Positions 44,584-53,889 of a stretch of DNA of 64,000 bases are shown piece by piece. Numbering within the stretch: the first letter of the stretch is position 1; the number at the start of each line of letters is the position of its first letter. Location of the stretch: IMG/VR virus record IMGVR_UViG_3300045988_125802; one strand, given 5' to 3'. Source of the DNA: a virus. The notes beneath the pieces are model-generated. The model saw only the letters and a list, made by a program, of their open reading frames with translations. It did no database searches and was not told where the DNA came from. The translations under genes were made by a program, and so were the position numbers.

Positions 44584-45758
44584 ATACATTAAGAGAAAGA
44601 GTAACAAAGAATCTACATGCTAGAAGGCAAAGGATTCTTGATGGACAATTAAATTGTATTCCATCCCCATTTAAAAGATTTAGTAATGACTTTATAGGTA
44701 TAGAACAATCCTGTTACTATACTATAACTTCATTCACTAAGGGTGGTAAATCACAATTTATGTCATACACCTTTATCTATAAGCCTCTTATGTTCTGTTA
44801 TTATACAAAGGCAGATATAGATATAAAGATATTGTATTTTCCTCTAGAGGAAACTCCAGAGAGAATTATGCAGAGATTTATATCTTGGTTGCTGTTTGAT
44901 TTTAGTCATGGAAGGATAAGAGTAAGTCCAAGAGACTTAAGAAGCACTACCAAGGCTGTTCCACAAGAAATACTTGATATAATTAATACTGAAGAGGTAC
45001 AAGATATAATCAGGTACTTTGAAGAACATATAGTATTTCCTGATGAAGCTTGCAACCCTACAGGTATATATAAGTGTTGTGTTAGATATGCAGAGGAACA
45101 TGGTAGTACCTATTATAAGACTGGGCAATATAAAGACGAGTTTGGGGTAATACAAGAGAGACAAGTATTTGATAGATATGAGCAAGATAATCCTAATGAA
45201 TATAGATTAATAGTGATAGATACTATTAATCTCATAGATACTGAAAGAGGGATGACCCTCAAACAATCTATGGATAAACTCAGCGAATACTGTGCTAAAT
45301 ATTTGAGGAATAGGTATCATTATTCCCCTGTAATAATCCAGCAACAAGCTTTTGATCAGGAAGGAAATGAGGCCTTCAAATTGGGTAGGGTAAGACCTTC
45401 GGTTGCAGGGTTAGGAGATAGCAAGTATACCTCAAGAGATAGTAATGTAGTACTTGGTCTATTTTCACCATTCAGATTTGCTATCAAGGACTATGAAGGA
45501 TATGACATTTCCAGGTTCAGGGATAACATAAGGTTTCTTGAAATGATTGTTAATAGAGATGGTGAGAGTGGTGGACTATGTCCTCTGTTCTTTGATGGAG
45601 CTGTATGCTACTTTAATGAGCTTCCAAGACCTAATGATAAAGATGGGTTATCAGAAGTATATAGGTACATAGATTCAACAATAAATCAAACTAACAAGAC
45701 TGCTAAGTCCTTCTTTAGTCATATTAGGAGGAAATTAGGTAAAGGGTTGCATCAGTAA
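44580..45758 (+). CDS. DnaB/RecA-fold replicative helicase-like protein (392 aa; alternative start 44562)
   Basis: Walker A-like SFTKGGKSQF, Walker B RLIVIDTINLI, and VVLGLFSPFR (DnaB-like H3). The ATG at 44580 forms an ATGA overlap with the upstream stop. Confidence 0.6.
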   Translation: MNTLRERVTKNLHARRQRILDGQLNCIPSPFKRFSNDFIGIEQSCYYTITSFTKGGKSQFMSYTFIYKPLMFCYYTKADIDIKILYFPLEETPERIMQRFISWLLFDFSHGRIRVSPRDLRSTTKAVPQEILDIINTEEVQDIIRYFEEHIVFPDEACNPTGIYKCCVRYAEEHGSTYYKTGQYKDEFGVIQERQVFDRYEQDNPNEYRLIVIDTINLIDTERGMTLKQSMDKLSEYCAKYLRNRYHYSPVIIQQQAFDQEGNEAFKLGRVRPSVAGLGDSKYTSRDSNVVLGLFSPFRFAIKDYEGYDISRFRDNIRFLEMIVNRDGESGGLCPLFFDGAVCYFNELPRPNDKDGLSEVYRYIDSTINQTNKTAKSFFSHIRRKLGKGLHQ

Positions 45759-45823
45759 GAAATATCTCATAGATTTGAAGTCTAATTTAGAAGTAATAAT
45801 ATTATAAATGAGAAGAAAAGAAA

Positions 45824-46132
45824 ATGGCAAATGCAGTGATTCTATTAGGAAAAAGTGGGACAGGTAAAAGTTCTAGTATCAGGGGTTTAGATCCCAAAGA
45901 GACTGTGGTACTAAATGTCCTTGGCAAAAAATTACCATTCAAAGGCAGTAATAATTTGTACAGTGAGAAGAATAAGAATCTATTCAGAATAGATGATTAT
46001 ACTCAAGCTATTAACATGTTACAAGGTATAGATAAGAATGCCTCTTATGTTCATAACATTATCATAGATGATGCTATCTATATCATGAGAAAGGAATACT
46101 TTAAAAGAGCTAAAGAAACTGGATTAAATTAG
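45824..46132 (+). CDS. P-loop ATPase (AAA_24/Sak4-like), exon 1 (ORF as seen; true exon probably ends at 46124)
   Basis: Walker A LLGKSGTGKSS and Walker B HNIIIDD. The ORF stops 2 codons after ..KRAKETG, at the start of intron-like sequence. Confidence 0.7.
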   Translation: MANAVILLGKSGTGKSSSIRGLDPKETVVLNVLGKKLPFKGSNNLYSEKNKNLFRIDDYTQAINMLQGIDKNASYVHNIIIDDAIYIMRKEYFKRAKETGLN

Positions 46133-46902
46133 CCATAGTTCAGTATAAATTACTCAAATTGCTGGGAAGCCCTTAGAGCCTTTAGACTACAAAGTAGCCA
46201 GTAATGGCAAGCTTGAATGTTTGAAAACTAAAGGATTGGGTAATCAGCAGCTAAGGGTGCTATGTTATAGCATCAAAGTTCAACGACTAAAAGGGTAAAT
46301 GTATGAAGATAAAGAATAAACATCCAAGAGAGTACAGAATTTGGAAAGCAATGAGAAGTAGATGTAATGCTCCTTGCTTTGATAAAAGCACTTACAGGAT
46401 AAAGAATATAAAATGTTGCAGAAGATGGGATTCTTTTGCTAATTTTATAGAAGATATGGGTCAATGCCCTGAAGGTTGTAGCATAGATAGAATAGATAAT
46501 AGTAAAGACTATGAGCCTTCAAATTGTAGGTGGGCAAATAATAAGGTTCAAGCATCTAATAGAGGTGATTTTACTCCTTTAATAGAATACAAGGGGGAGA
46601 AACATATTCTCAAAGATTGGTGTAGGATTCTCAATAAAAATTATTCTACCATGAGGAAGAGAATGTATAGACTGAACATGTCTTTTGAAGATGCTTTGAT
46701 TTACGTAGACCCTAGAGATAAACTTATTCTGTGGGAGGGGAAATATTATACAAGACAGGAACTATGTGCACTGTATAATATACCTTTACAAAACTTTTAT
46801 GATAGAAGTCATAAGGGTTGGTCTCTTGAGAGGATACTTAAAACACCTATACATACATAAGATATAGTCTATTCCTTTATGAAAGTAAAGGTAGTTAAGA
46901 TG
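46125..46902 (+). mobile_element. Group I intron (about 778 nt) carrying an HNH homing endonuclease ORF
   Basis: Candidate P1: exon CTGGAT (46119-46124) pairs with GTTCAG (46138-46143), with a terminal U.G. The P7 strands are GACTA (46285-46289) and TAGTC (46865-46869). The intron ends in G46902. It shares the 15-nt block aaagttcaacgacta and the 10-nt block gatatagtct with the nrdD intron. Confidence 0.65.
46303..46860 (+). CDS. Intron-encoded HNH homing endonuclease (185 aa)
   Basis: YRIWKAMRSRCNAP...CRRWDSFANFIEDMG...SIDRIDNSKDYEPSNCRWANNKVQASN is the HNH_3-type signature common in phage homing endonuclease genes (HEGs). Confidence 0.7.
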   Translation: MKIKNKHPREYRIWKAMRSRCNAPCFDKSTYRIKNIKCCRRWDSFANFIEDMGQCPEGCSIDRIDNSKDYEPSNCRWANNKVQASNRGDFTPLIEYKGEKHILKDWCRILNKNYSTMRKRMYRLNMSFEDALIYVDPRDKLILWEGKYYTRQELCALYNIPLQNFYDRSHKGWSLERILKTPIHT

Positions 46903-46922
46903 GCAAATATACAGAATTAGCT

Positions 46923-47279
46923 ATGCACTTTCAACAAATCATATCTACTATTGAGAGCATGAGAGATGATGTAAATGTATTCTTAATCCTTCATAGTGAA
47001 GATGTTCAAAGTGATAAAACCACTATAGGATATAAAGTAAGCACTGTTGGACATTTGATTGATAATCAATATAATCCTGTGGAAGTAGTTCCTATGGTAC
47101 TATATTCCTCTATCAAATATGATGATAAAGGGATAGCCACTTATGGATTTTATACTCACAGATTTATGGATGGTGTGGTAGAAATACCTGCTAAATCTCC
47201 TGCAGATATGTTCACTGAAGATTTTATTCCCAATGACCTTGGAATAGTAGTTAAAGCTATGAAGGAATATTATGGATAG
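46923..47279 (+). CDS. P-loop ATPase (AAA_24/Sak4-like), exon 2 (first ATG shown; exon probably begins at 46903)
   Basis: The frame is open upstream to 46899 (..GKYTELA-MHFQQIISTIE..). It continues the ATPase fold (VFLILHSE...). Confidence 0.65.
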   Translation: MHFQQIISTIESMRDDVNVFLILHSEDVQSDKTTIGYKVSTVGHLIDNQYNPVEVVPMVLYSSIKYDDKGIATYGFYTHRFMDGVVEIPAKSPADMFTEDFIPNDLGIVVKAMKEYYG

Positions 47280-47544
47280 ACAAACAGTAGTAGAGGTAAG
47301 TAATATTTTGAATCAAGGAAAAATCCCCAACAATTCTCTGCAAATTATAGTTGAGTATTGCAGAGAGAAAGGTAAACAGGAAGATGCTATACCTGCCTTT
47401 ATATCAGTAATTTCTACGGAAAATATGTTAATCAGGAAGTGTCTGGAAGGGGCTATGGATTATTATAAGACAAAATTCAAAGTGTGCGAGTTATATAGTG
47501 CTCCCAATAGTTTAGGGATCCGAAACTTATTATTAATATATTAA
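47272..47544 (+). CDS. Hypothetical protein (90 aa)
   Basis: Intact ORF with an 8-nt overlap to the upstream gene. Confidence 0.5.
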   Translation: MDRQTVVEVSNILNQGKIPNNSLQIIVEYCREKGKQEDAIPAFISVISTENMLIRKCLEGAMDYYKTKFKVCELYSAPNSLGIRNLLLIY

Positions 47545-47558
47545 AAACAAAGAGAAGT

Positions 47559-47999
47559 ATGAACAAAGTATTGTCAATAAGACAGTTTGCATCAGTAAAA
47601 AGGATTGCAATGAATGTAAATCCTCTGGTGGTTAAAAAGAATAAGGTCGCTGCCAGGATTAATGAACTTAATGCAGAGTATAATGCTCTGACTGAGGAAA
47701 TTGAAGGACATGAGATGGGCATCAAAGCCCTTACTGGCGGTTATACCAGTGAAGATTTGGTTACTAAGAGAGTAGAAGATACTGGTAAGGTAGACAAGGA
47801 GGGCAAACCTATCAAGAAAACTACTTATGAACCTAAAGAGGGAGTAGTTATCTTCAATGAACAGGCTAATGTATATGAGATTCATATAGAAGAGCCTAAA
47901 CTTGAATATAGAATTATCGAAGTAGGTAATACCGAAAAAGTTCCTGAAGTAGAGGTAAAAACAGGAATAGATACCTCCATAGATCCTTTTAATGAGTAG
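47559..47999 (+). CDS. Hypothetical protein (146 aa)
   Basis: Intact ORF. The antisense ORF 47592..48011 is rejected. Confidence 0.55.
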   Translation: MNKVLSIRQFASVKRIAMNVNPLVVKKNKVAARINELNAEYNALTEEIEGHEMGIKALTGGYTSEDLVTKRVEDTGKVDKEGKPIKKTTYEPKEGVVIFNEQANVYEIHIEEPKLEYRIIEVGNTEKVPEVEVKTGIDTSIDPFNE

Positions 48000-48067
48000 T
48001 AAACTATACATGAGAGATAATAAAGAAGATTTGAAAGTATAAAAAACAGCTTATAAAAACAATAATT

Positions 48068-49012
48068 ATGTATAAGAAGAAAACAGGTTCCACTTTTATG
48101 GCTTTTAGTAAAGGTACAGAAAGCAAAGAGGGTAATGAAATTGTAAGATATACAGGTGTTGCTCCTGTGTTTGTATTGGCTGTGAACCCTAGCAAAGAAG
48201 AATTGGAGAAATTATATAATACACAACTTGAGAATGCTCCTGAATACCTCGGAGAGATTGAAGTAGGTGAAGATAAACATAAAGTGAAAAATGTCAGGCT
48301 TGATTTTATTGTCAAAACCGATGCTGAAAAGTGTAATGGTATTGAGTTTGTTACTAAAGTAGCTTTCTTCATTAGAAATGAATATAGGTATAATAAAGAT
48401 CGAACCAAAGTACAGGTAATTGACAAGTATGGTAGAACTGCTTGGGTTACTATTGAACAGGCTAAAGCACATGAGATCCCTATGTATAAAAATGGTCCAG
48501 CTAATCTTGATAAAGACTATAGACCTGCTTATCATGGTGAGGAAGAGCTTACTGGATTTATAAAGGCATATCTCAACATTCCTAATGTAATGAAGTATGT
48601 CAATAATACTTGGGTTATGGTAGACAAACCTGAGGATTGTGAAGCAAGACTTGAGAGCATTGCTGAGTACTTCAAGGGTAATTTCAAGGAGCTGAGAGAT
48701 GTTATTGCATTGCAGCCTAATAACAAGGTTAAAGTATTGTTTGGTGTAAGAACCACTGATGATAACAAGCAGTATCAGGCTGTTTATAATCAGATGTTCT
48801 TGAAGAACAATATCACTGACTACAGTAAGTTGGATGCAGACTTGCAGGAAAGAAAGGCTGCTGGTGCATATCCTACTACTGAGTTTACTGTGGGTGACTT
48901 GAAGGAGTATGATGTAGAATCTACTGACCTTAGTAACTCTGGTGCAGCAGGTGATATGCCTTTCCCTGCTGGTGATACTGCTGGTGGTACACCTTGGGAT
49001 TTTGGTAAGTAA
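48068..49012 (+). CDS. Hypothetical protein (314 aa); ssDNA-binding protein candidate
   Basis: Lies between the ATPase and the primase. It has a flexible G/A/D-rich C-terminal tail (..NSGAAGDMPFPAGDTAGGTPWDFGK). The SSB call is positional and compositional only. Confidence 0.5.
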   Translation: MYKKKTGSTFMAFSKGTESKEGNEIVRYTGVAPVFVLAVNPSKEELEKLYNTQLENAPEYLGEIEVGEDKHKVKNVRLDFIVKTDAEKCNGIEFVTKVAFFIRNEYRYNKDRTKVQVIDKYGRTAWVTIEQAKAHEIPMYKNGPANLDKDYRPAYHGEEELTGFIKAYLNIPNVMKYVNNTWVMVDKPEDCEARLESIAEYFKGNFKELRDVIALQPNNKVKVLFGVRTTDDNKQYQAVYNQMFLKNNITDYSKLDADLQERKAAGAYPTTEFTVGDLKEYDVESTDLSNSGAAGDMPFPAGDTAGGTPWDFGK

Positions 49013-49036
49013 GTAGTAATTTCTAAAAAAAAAGCA

Positions 49037-50077
49037 ATGGCAATCAGCAAAGGTAAATCTTCTGTGAGCCTTGATGATATTCTAAGTAAAGTGACAGAAG
49101 CAGACATTTTGTCATATTACTTAGGAGTCACAGAGGTTCCTTGTATTATAAATAGTCCTCTTAGACAGGACAGGAGACCTTCTTTTGGTCTTTATTCTAC
49201 TGATGGTAGAAGAATATTTTACACAGATTTATCCACGAGGGATAGAGGAGGTCTGTTTGACCTGCTTGGTCATATGTGGAACTGTGGTTATAAGGAAGTT
49301 CTAACAAGGGTTAATGAGGACATTTCAAAGTTCTGTGGTGGTGCCAATATTCATTCATATACTCCTTGTGCTGTAAGAAGTACAAATAGTTACAACAAAG
49401 ATACAGACTTGCAGTGCAAAGTCAGAGATTGGAGGAGTTATGATATTGAATACTGGGCATCCTATGGTATAACTTTAGAATGGCTCAAGTATGCAGAGGT
49501 TTATCCCATATCTCATAAGATTGTCATAAAGGATGGTCATAGATATGTGTTTGGAGCTGATAAGTATGCCTATGCTTATGTAGAACACAAGGAAGGTAAA
49601 GTTACTCTAAAGATATACCAGCCTTTTAATAAAGCTGGTTATAAGTGGAGTAACAAGCATGACAATTCTGTAGTAAGCCTATGGACTAAAGTACCTGAAT
49701 ATGGGGAACAGATTTGCATCTGTTCTTCACTGAAAGATGCTTTATGTCTATGGGCTAATACAGGTATTCCATCTCTTGCCATTCAAGGCGAGGGATATAG
49801 GATGAGTGATACTGCAATTAGTGAACTGAAAAGAAGATACAAACAAGTCTTCATTTGCTTGGATAATGATGAGCCAGGATTGAAAGATGCTCAGAAGTTA
49901 GCTGAGGAAACAGGATTTACTAATGTAGTATTACCACCCTTTAATGAAGGGAAAGATATTTCAGACTTGTATAAGGCTAAGGGCAAAGATGAGTTCCTTA
50001 GAATAATCAAGCCTTTATTCAACTCTTCAAGACAAGAGGACAATGATTGGAATGATTTGCCCTTTTGTATAGATTAA
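49037..50077 (+). CDS. DNA primase (DnaG-type TOPRIM) (346 aa)
   Basis: TOPRIM acidic cluster VFICLDNDEPGLKDAQKLAEE. N-terminal SPLRQDRRPSFGLY resembles the primase Zn-finger/template-binding region but lacks the Cys/His ligands. Confidence 0.65.
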   Translation: MAISKGKSSVSLDDILSKVTEADILSYYLGVTEVPCIINSPLRQDRRPSFGLYSTDGRRIFYTDLSTRDRGGLFDLLGHMWNCGYKEVLTRVNEDISKFCGGANIHSYTPCAVRSTNSYNKDTDLQCKVRDWRSYDIEYWASYGITLEWLKYAEVYPISHKIVIKDGHRYVFGADKYAYAYVEHKEGKVTLKIYQPFNKAGYKWSNKHDNSVVSLWTKVPEYGEQICICSSLKDALCLWANTGIPSLAIQGEGYRMSDTAISELKRRYKQVFICLDNDEPGLKDAQKLAEETGFTNVVLPPFNEGKDISDLYKAKGKDEFLRIIKPLFNSSRQEDNDWNDLPFCID

Positions 50078-50118
50078 AGTTTCAATAAGTCCAATTTATA
50101 AAAAAAAAAAGTGAAAAC

Positions 50119-50826
50119 ATGGAAGCAAGAAAAATTACAGTCGTACAGACTAAGAATCAGAAAAAGAGTGTTATCATGTCAGCAGCCACGACCCTTGCTG
50201 AGTTGAAAAGTGACCTGAGAGCCAATGGTATTGACTATAATGGTATGACCTTCTTTGAGGGTACATCAAAGGTTGAATTGAAGAATGATGCTTCAGTTCT
50301 GCCACATGATGTTCCTTACAAGGGCACTATCACAAATGAGTTGGTTTTCATGCTTACTAATACCAACAAGAAAATCAGAAGTGGTGCTGTTGCAATGAGT
50401 AGAGCTGAGGCATACAATGCTATCAAATCTATGGGTTTGCAGGATGCTTGTGTAAAGAAGTTTGGCAAAAACTTCACTATGTGTAAGACTGCTGACCTTA
50501 TTGCATTGGTACAGAGTAATGGTGCTTCAAAGCCTGCTCCTGCTGCTCCTAAAGCTGAAGCTAAGGCTGAGACTAAGAAGGAGGGAAAGGTAGAAGCACC
50601 TGTAAGTAATGGTGGTGAGTGTGTTGATACTGTAGCAAGAGCTGCTATCAGCAAGTTGGTGGAAATTCTTGAGGACAATGGCACAATTGAAGATTATGAG
50701 AAAGAGAAAGTGCTTGATATTCTTGGGGGTGCAGTAGAAGTTGCACCATCTGAGGAATATAAGCCTAAGTCAGCTTCTCCTTACTCTGATGATGAGATTG
50801 ATGATATGTTTAATTTTGTAAACTAA
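50119..50826 (+). CDS. Hypothetical protein (235 aa) with possible N-terminal beta-grasp (ubiquitin-like) region and HeH/SAP-like motif
   Basis: Residues 5-95 alternate like ubiquitin (KITVVQT / KSVIMSA / TLAELKSDLRANGI / MTFFEG / LVFMLTNTNKKIRSGA). KTADLIALVQSNG is HeH-like. There is an A/K/E/P linker, and internal SNGG and ILGG motifs. Confidence 0.55.
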   Translation: MEARKITVVQTKNQKKSVIMSAATTLAELKSDLRANGIDYNGMTFFEGTSKVELKNDASVLPHDVPYKGTITNELVFMLTNTNKKIRSGAVAMSRAEAYNAIKSMGLQDACVKKFGKNFTMCKTADLIALVQSNGASKPAPAAPKAEAKAETKKEGKVEAPVSNGGECVDTVARAAISKLVEILEDNGTIEDYEKEKVLDILGGAVEVAPSEEYKPKSASPYSDDEIDDMFNFVN

Positions 50827-50831
50827 ATTAT

Positions 50832-51371
50832 ATGGTTGAAATATGGAGACCTATACAAGGATATGAAGGGTTATATGAAGTTTCTAATTTAGGGAATGTG
50901 AAATCTCTAAGTAGGAATGCTTTACTAAGCAAGCACAAGAATAACAGAGGATATTTATCTGTAAGCTTATACAAGGAAAATGTAGGAAAACATTATCTTG
51001 TACATAGACTTGTAGCACAGGCTTTTATTAATAATCCTTTCAACTTACCTTATGTAAATCATAAAGATGAGAACCCTATTAATAATGTTGTAAGCAATCT
51101 TGAGTGGTGTAGTCAAAGTTACAATGTAAATTATGGGAGTGCTCAAGAAAGACTCTCTTCAAAGAAAATTAGTAAAAAGAGAGGACTAAAAATAGCACAA
51201 TATAGGGCAAGTATTCTTGTAAAGACTTATAACTCAGCTTCTCAAATACAAAGAGAGTTAGGATATAATACTGCTCCAATACTTAATTGTTGTAGAGGAG
51301 GATATTATAGAGGAGGTAAGTGGGTCTCAGTATCTCAATCTTATGGCTTTGTTTGGAAATTTGCAGAATAA
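50832..51371 (+). CDS. Free-standing HNH homing endonuclease with NUMOD4 motif (179 aa)
   Basis: IWRPIQGYEGLYEVSNLGNVKS (NUMOD4). HRLVAQAFI...VNHKDENPINNVVSNLEW (HNH_3). It is a paralogue of 63055..63594 and 59997..60599. Confidence 0.8.
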   Translation: MVEIWRPIQGYEGLYEVSNLGNVKSLSRNALLSKHKNNRGYLSVSLYKENVGKHYLVHRLVAQAFINNPFNLPYVNHKDENPINNVVSNLEWCSQSYNVNYGSAQERLSSKKISKKRGLKIAQYRASILVKTYNSASQIQRELGYNTAPILNCCRGGYYRGGKWVSVSQSYGFVWKFAE

Positions 51372-51376
51372 TATAG

Positions 51377-51420
51377 TAGGTGAGGAGATTAGAAATGCCC
51401 CCTTACCTACTTTTTTTTTT
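51377..51420 (+). terminator. Rho-independent terminator
   Basis: 10-bp stem GTAGGTGAGG/CCTTACCTAC (one G.T pair) followed by T10 at 51411-51420. Confidence 0.8.
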
Positions 51421-51428
51421 ACAGTAAT

Positions 51429-52733
51429 ATGAGTGGAGAAACAATTAAATTAATTGAGGAGAAGATAGAAGAACTATATAACTCCTTGATGGACAGACCA
51501 CTCCGAGTATTAAGCATATTCAATGACTTTTTTGGAGAGGATAAAGTTGATATGCAAGGATATTGGAGTTTGGACAAGTTCAAATCTTGGATGAATATAG
51601 AGCCTTTATCTACTTATATTCCTGATGGTAATATTGTAAGCATGAACAGGAATGACTGGAGCATGTATAAAACATGGGCTATTACTGATTTACCTGGAGA
51701 CCAGGTAGAAAAGGTTGTAAATGTGCTTACAAGTACTACAGTAAAGGAAAGAATTGGTAATGCTAAGTTCAATGGCATATTCATTCTTGTACATTTTCCT
51801 CATATAAGAGTAACTAATGAGCATGACAGATTTGTGGATATTAACCATCTGTGGGCTAAGGTAAAAGTAATGTATAATGGCACATTGAATGGTGGATTTA
51901 CACTTAACAGGTCAGAATATACTATGCTTCACATTAGCAGTGGATATATGCACAGTCATATCGATAGTATTCCTACAAGTGACTTTACCAGTTTTCAGAA
52001 TCCTTGCACAGGCAATGGTCCCATCAATGGTACTATTAGTGCCCTCAATAGGGATTATGATGAGGATATATGGAATATGTTTTGTCTTGAGCTAAGTAAG
52101 TATGTAACTGTAGAATCCATTGCTGGCAGACCTTATAAATATCTGGAAAAGTTAGGTACTAATAACATGGAGATGGGTGTAGATAGGTTTGTTACATATC
52201 TATCACCAGGCTACTACTATGGGGGTGCTCTTAGTTCTGATAAGTTGAAGGAGTTTGTAAGAGGCTTTATCAATTCAAAGAAACTTAAATTCAATTATGT
52301 AAATGGCTCTTATTCTATTGGTATGTCACTTATTGAGTTTATTGTACTTATTAGCAATGAATTTATTAAGTGGTATAATGACCAGTTTAATAAAGAGGAA
52401 CTAACTGCCAAGTTTGCAGAATTGAAGAGGAAAGGTACCTTGAAAGAATGTATCATAGATAATGGGAAGATTTACTATGATAAAGGTAGGAACAATGTAA
52501 ATACCTATGCCCAATATATAGGCAAGAAGGTTTGCATGTTCAAGGGAAGAGAGGTTACTGTTGATATTACAGATATTGCTGAGGTAAGGAATGAGAATAA
52601 GAGTATAATTCTTAATATTCGTACCGCACTATACATATTAGCAACAATACTTAAAGTGTTAAATTATAGATATGGAAGAAGTAAAGCAACCCACGAAAGT
52701 AATCAGCTTGGTACAGAAGTCAGGTACTTATAA
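51429..52733 (+). CDS. Unknown protein (434 aa), first gene of the JAB/E1-like cassette; E2-like role is only a hypothesis
   Basis: Intact ORF starting 9 nt after the terminator. The segment ILVHFPHIRVTNEHDRF...YMHSHIDSIPTSDFTSFQNPCTGNG has a His...Cys arrangement that could be UBC-like, but I cannot verify this. Confidence 0.55.
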   Translation: MSGETIKLIEEKIEELYNSLMDRPLRVLSIFNDFFGEDKVDMQGYWSLDKFKSWMNIEPLSTYIPDGNIVSMNRNDWSMYKTWAITDLPGDQVEKVVNVLTSTTVKERIGNAKFNGIFILVHFPHIRVTNEHDRFVDINHLWAKVKVMYNGTLNGGFTLNRSEYTMLHISSGYMHSHIDSIPTSDFTSFQNPCTGNGPINGTISALNRDYDEDIWNMFCLELSKYVTVESIAGRPYKYLEKLGTNNMEMGVDRFVTYLSPGYYYGGALSSDKLKEFVRGFINSKKLKFNYVNGSYSIGMSLIEFIVLISNEFIKWYNDQFNKEELTAKFAELKRKGTLKECIIDNGKIYYDKGRNNVNTYAQYIGKKVCMFKGREVTVDITDIAEVRNENKSIILNIRTALYILATILKVLNYRYGRSKATHESNQLGTEVRYL

Positions 52734-53889
52734 TTATAAGCTGATTATCCCAGCAGAAGTGGAGAGAAAGATAAGATTTGCCTGCCAAAAGGTGTGGAGT
52801 ACTGAATGGTCAGGTACACTATTCTTTACACATGAAGGTTCATTTGAAAATAATGACCTTGTAATAAGATGTGTGGATATTTACATTATGGATATTGGTA
52901 CTCAAGCCTATACAGAGTTTGATATGAATCCTGATGTGATAGCCTATATGTGTGAGAATCCTGAGCTACTTGATTGCCAAATAGGTCTTATACATTCCCA
53001 TAACAATATGAGTACTTTCTTTAGTGGAACAGATACTGCTACTCTAAAGGAGGAAGGTAGGGATAGAAATAACTTTGTATCTCTCATTGTGAATAATGCA
53101 GGTACTTATACTGCTGCAATTACAAGGAGAGTTAAGTCAAAGCAGGTCAAAGAGTCTGTGTCTTATGAGTTCTTTGGTGATGGTGAAAAGCATGATACTA
53201 AGGAATATGTAAGTAGTGCAGATGAAATTGAATGGTTCTATCTTAAAATAGAGAATGAAAATGAAACATTTTCATTCCCAGACATGGCAGCAAGACTTGA
53301 GGAAATCGAGCAAGCCAAAGCAGAAAGGGCAGAGAAAGCTAAGAAAGCTCGAACACCTGTATATCAAGGTGGCTATAAACCTGTTATTGCTAATTCCTAT
53401 GGTACAAAGGCAGGTCCAGCAAATCTTGTCAAGAAGGAAGCTGATAAGCCTAAGGTAGCTCAGCCAACTCTCTTTGATAATGCAGATGACTTGCCATTTG
53501 AAGAGGGGTATGACATACCTTATGGTCATGTATCATTTGATAAGGTTACTTTGAAATCTCTTGTACTTCAATTGATTACAGGTAGTATTATCATTTCTAA
53601 TGATAGTAAGATTGACATTACTAAATGGGCTAAGTCAATGCCTACACTGTATGAAAAGAGGTTTGGTAAAGGCAAAGCTGGTATGGATAATTTCAAGATA
53701 TGGGCAGAGACCTATGCAGAGTATCTGACATGGTATATAACAGATGAGAAATTAGAAGAGCTTGGCTTTGATGAAACAGAAATTTGTGCTATTTGTGCCC
53801 ATGATATGATAGAGGAGCTTACAAAACTCCCTGAAAATGATTATATCAAAGGGTATATTGATGCACTTCAAAAGTATTTAGTATTATGA
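52672..53889 (+). CDS. JAB/MPN (JAMM) metalloprotease-domain protein (405 aa)
   Basis: Complete JAMM signature: upstream Glu (STEWSGTLFF), then HSHNNMSTFFSGTD, which is HxHx7Sx2D. A C-terminal extension of about 220 aa has unknown function. Confidence 0.75.
   Translation: MEEVKQPTKVISLVQKSGTYNYKLIIPAEVERKIRFACQKVWSTEWSGTLFFTHEGSFENNDLVIRCVDIYIMDIGTQAYTEFDMNPDVIAYMCENPELLDCQIGLIHSHNNMSTFFSGTDTATLKEEGRDRNNFVSLIVNNAGTYTAAITRRVKSKQVKESVSYEFFGDGEKHDTKEYVSSADEIEWFYLKIENENETFSFPDMAARLEEIEQAKAERAEKAKKARTPVYQGGYKPVIANSYGTKAGPANLVKKEADKPKVAQPTLFDNADDLPFEEGYDIPYGHVSFDKVTLKSLVLQLITGSIIISNDSKIDITKWAKSMPTLYEKRFGKGKAGMDNFKIWAETYAEYLTWYITDEKLEELGFDETEICAICAHDMIEELTKLPENDYIKGYIDALQKYLVL

Noticed and set aside
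47592-48535. Minus-strand ORFs 47592..48011, 48004..48426, 48212..48535, 48532..48768 and 48820..49107 in the replication block
   Set aside because: They are antisense shadows of plus-strand genes that have tight coupling and sensible composition. They would break the uniform rightward operon.
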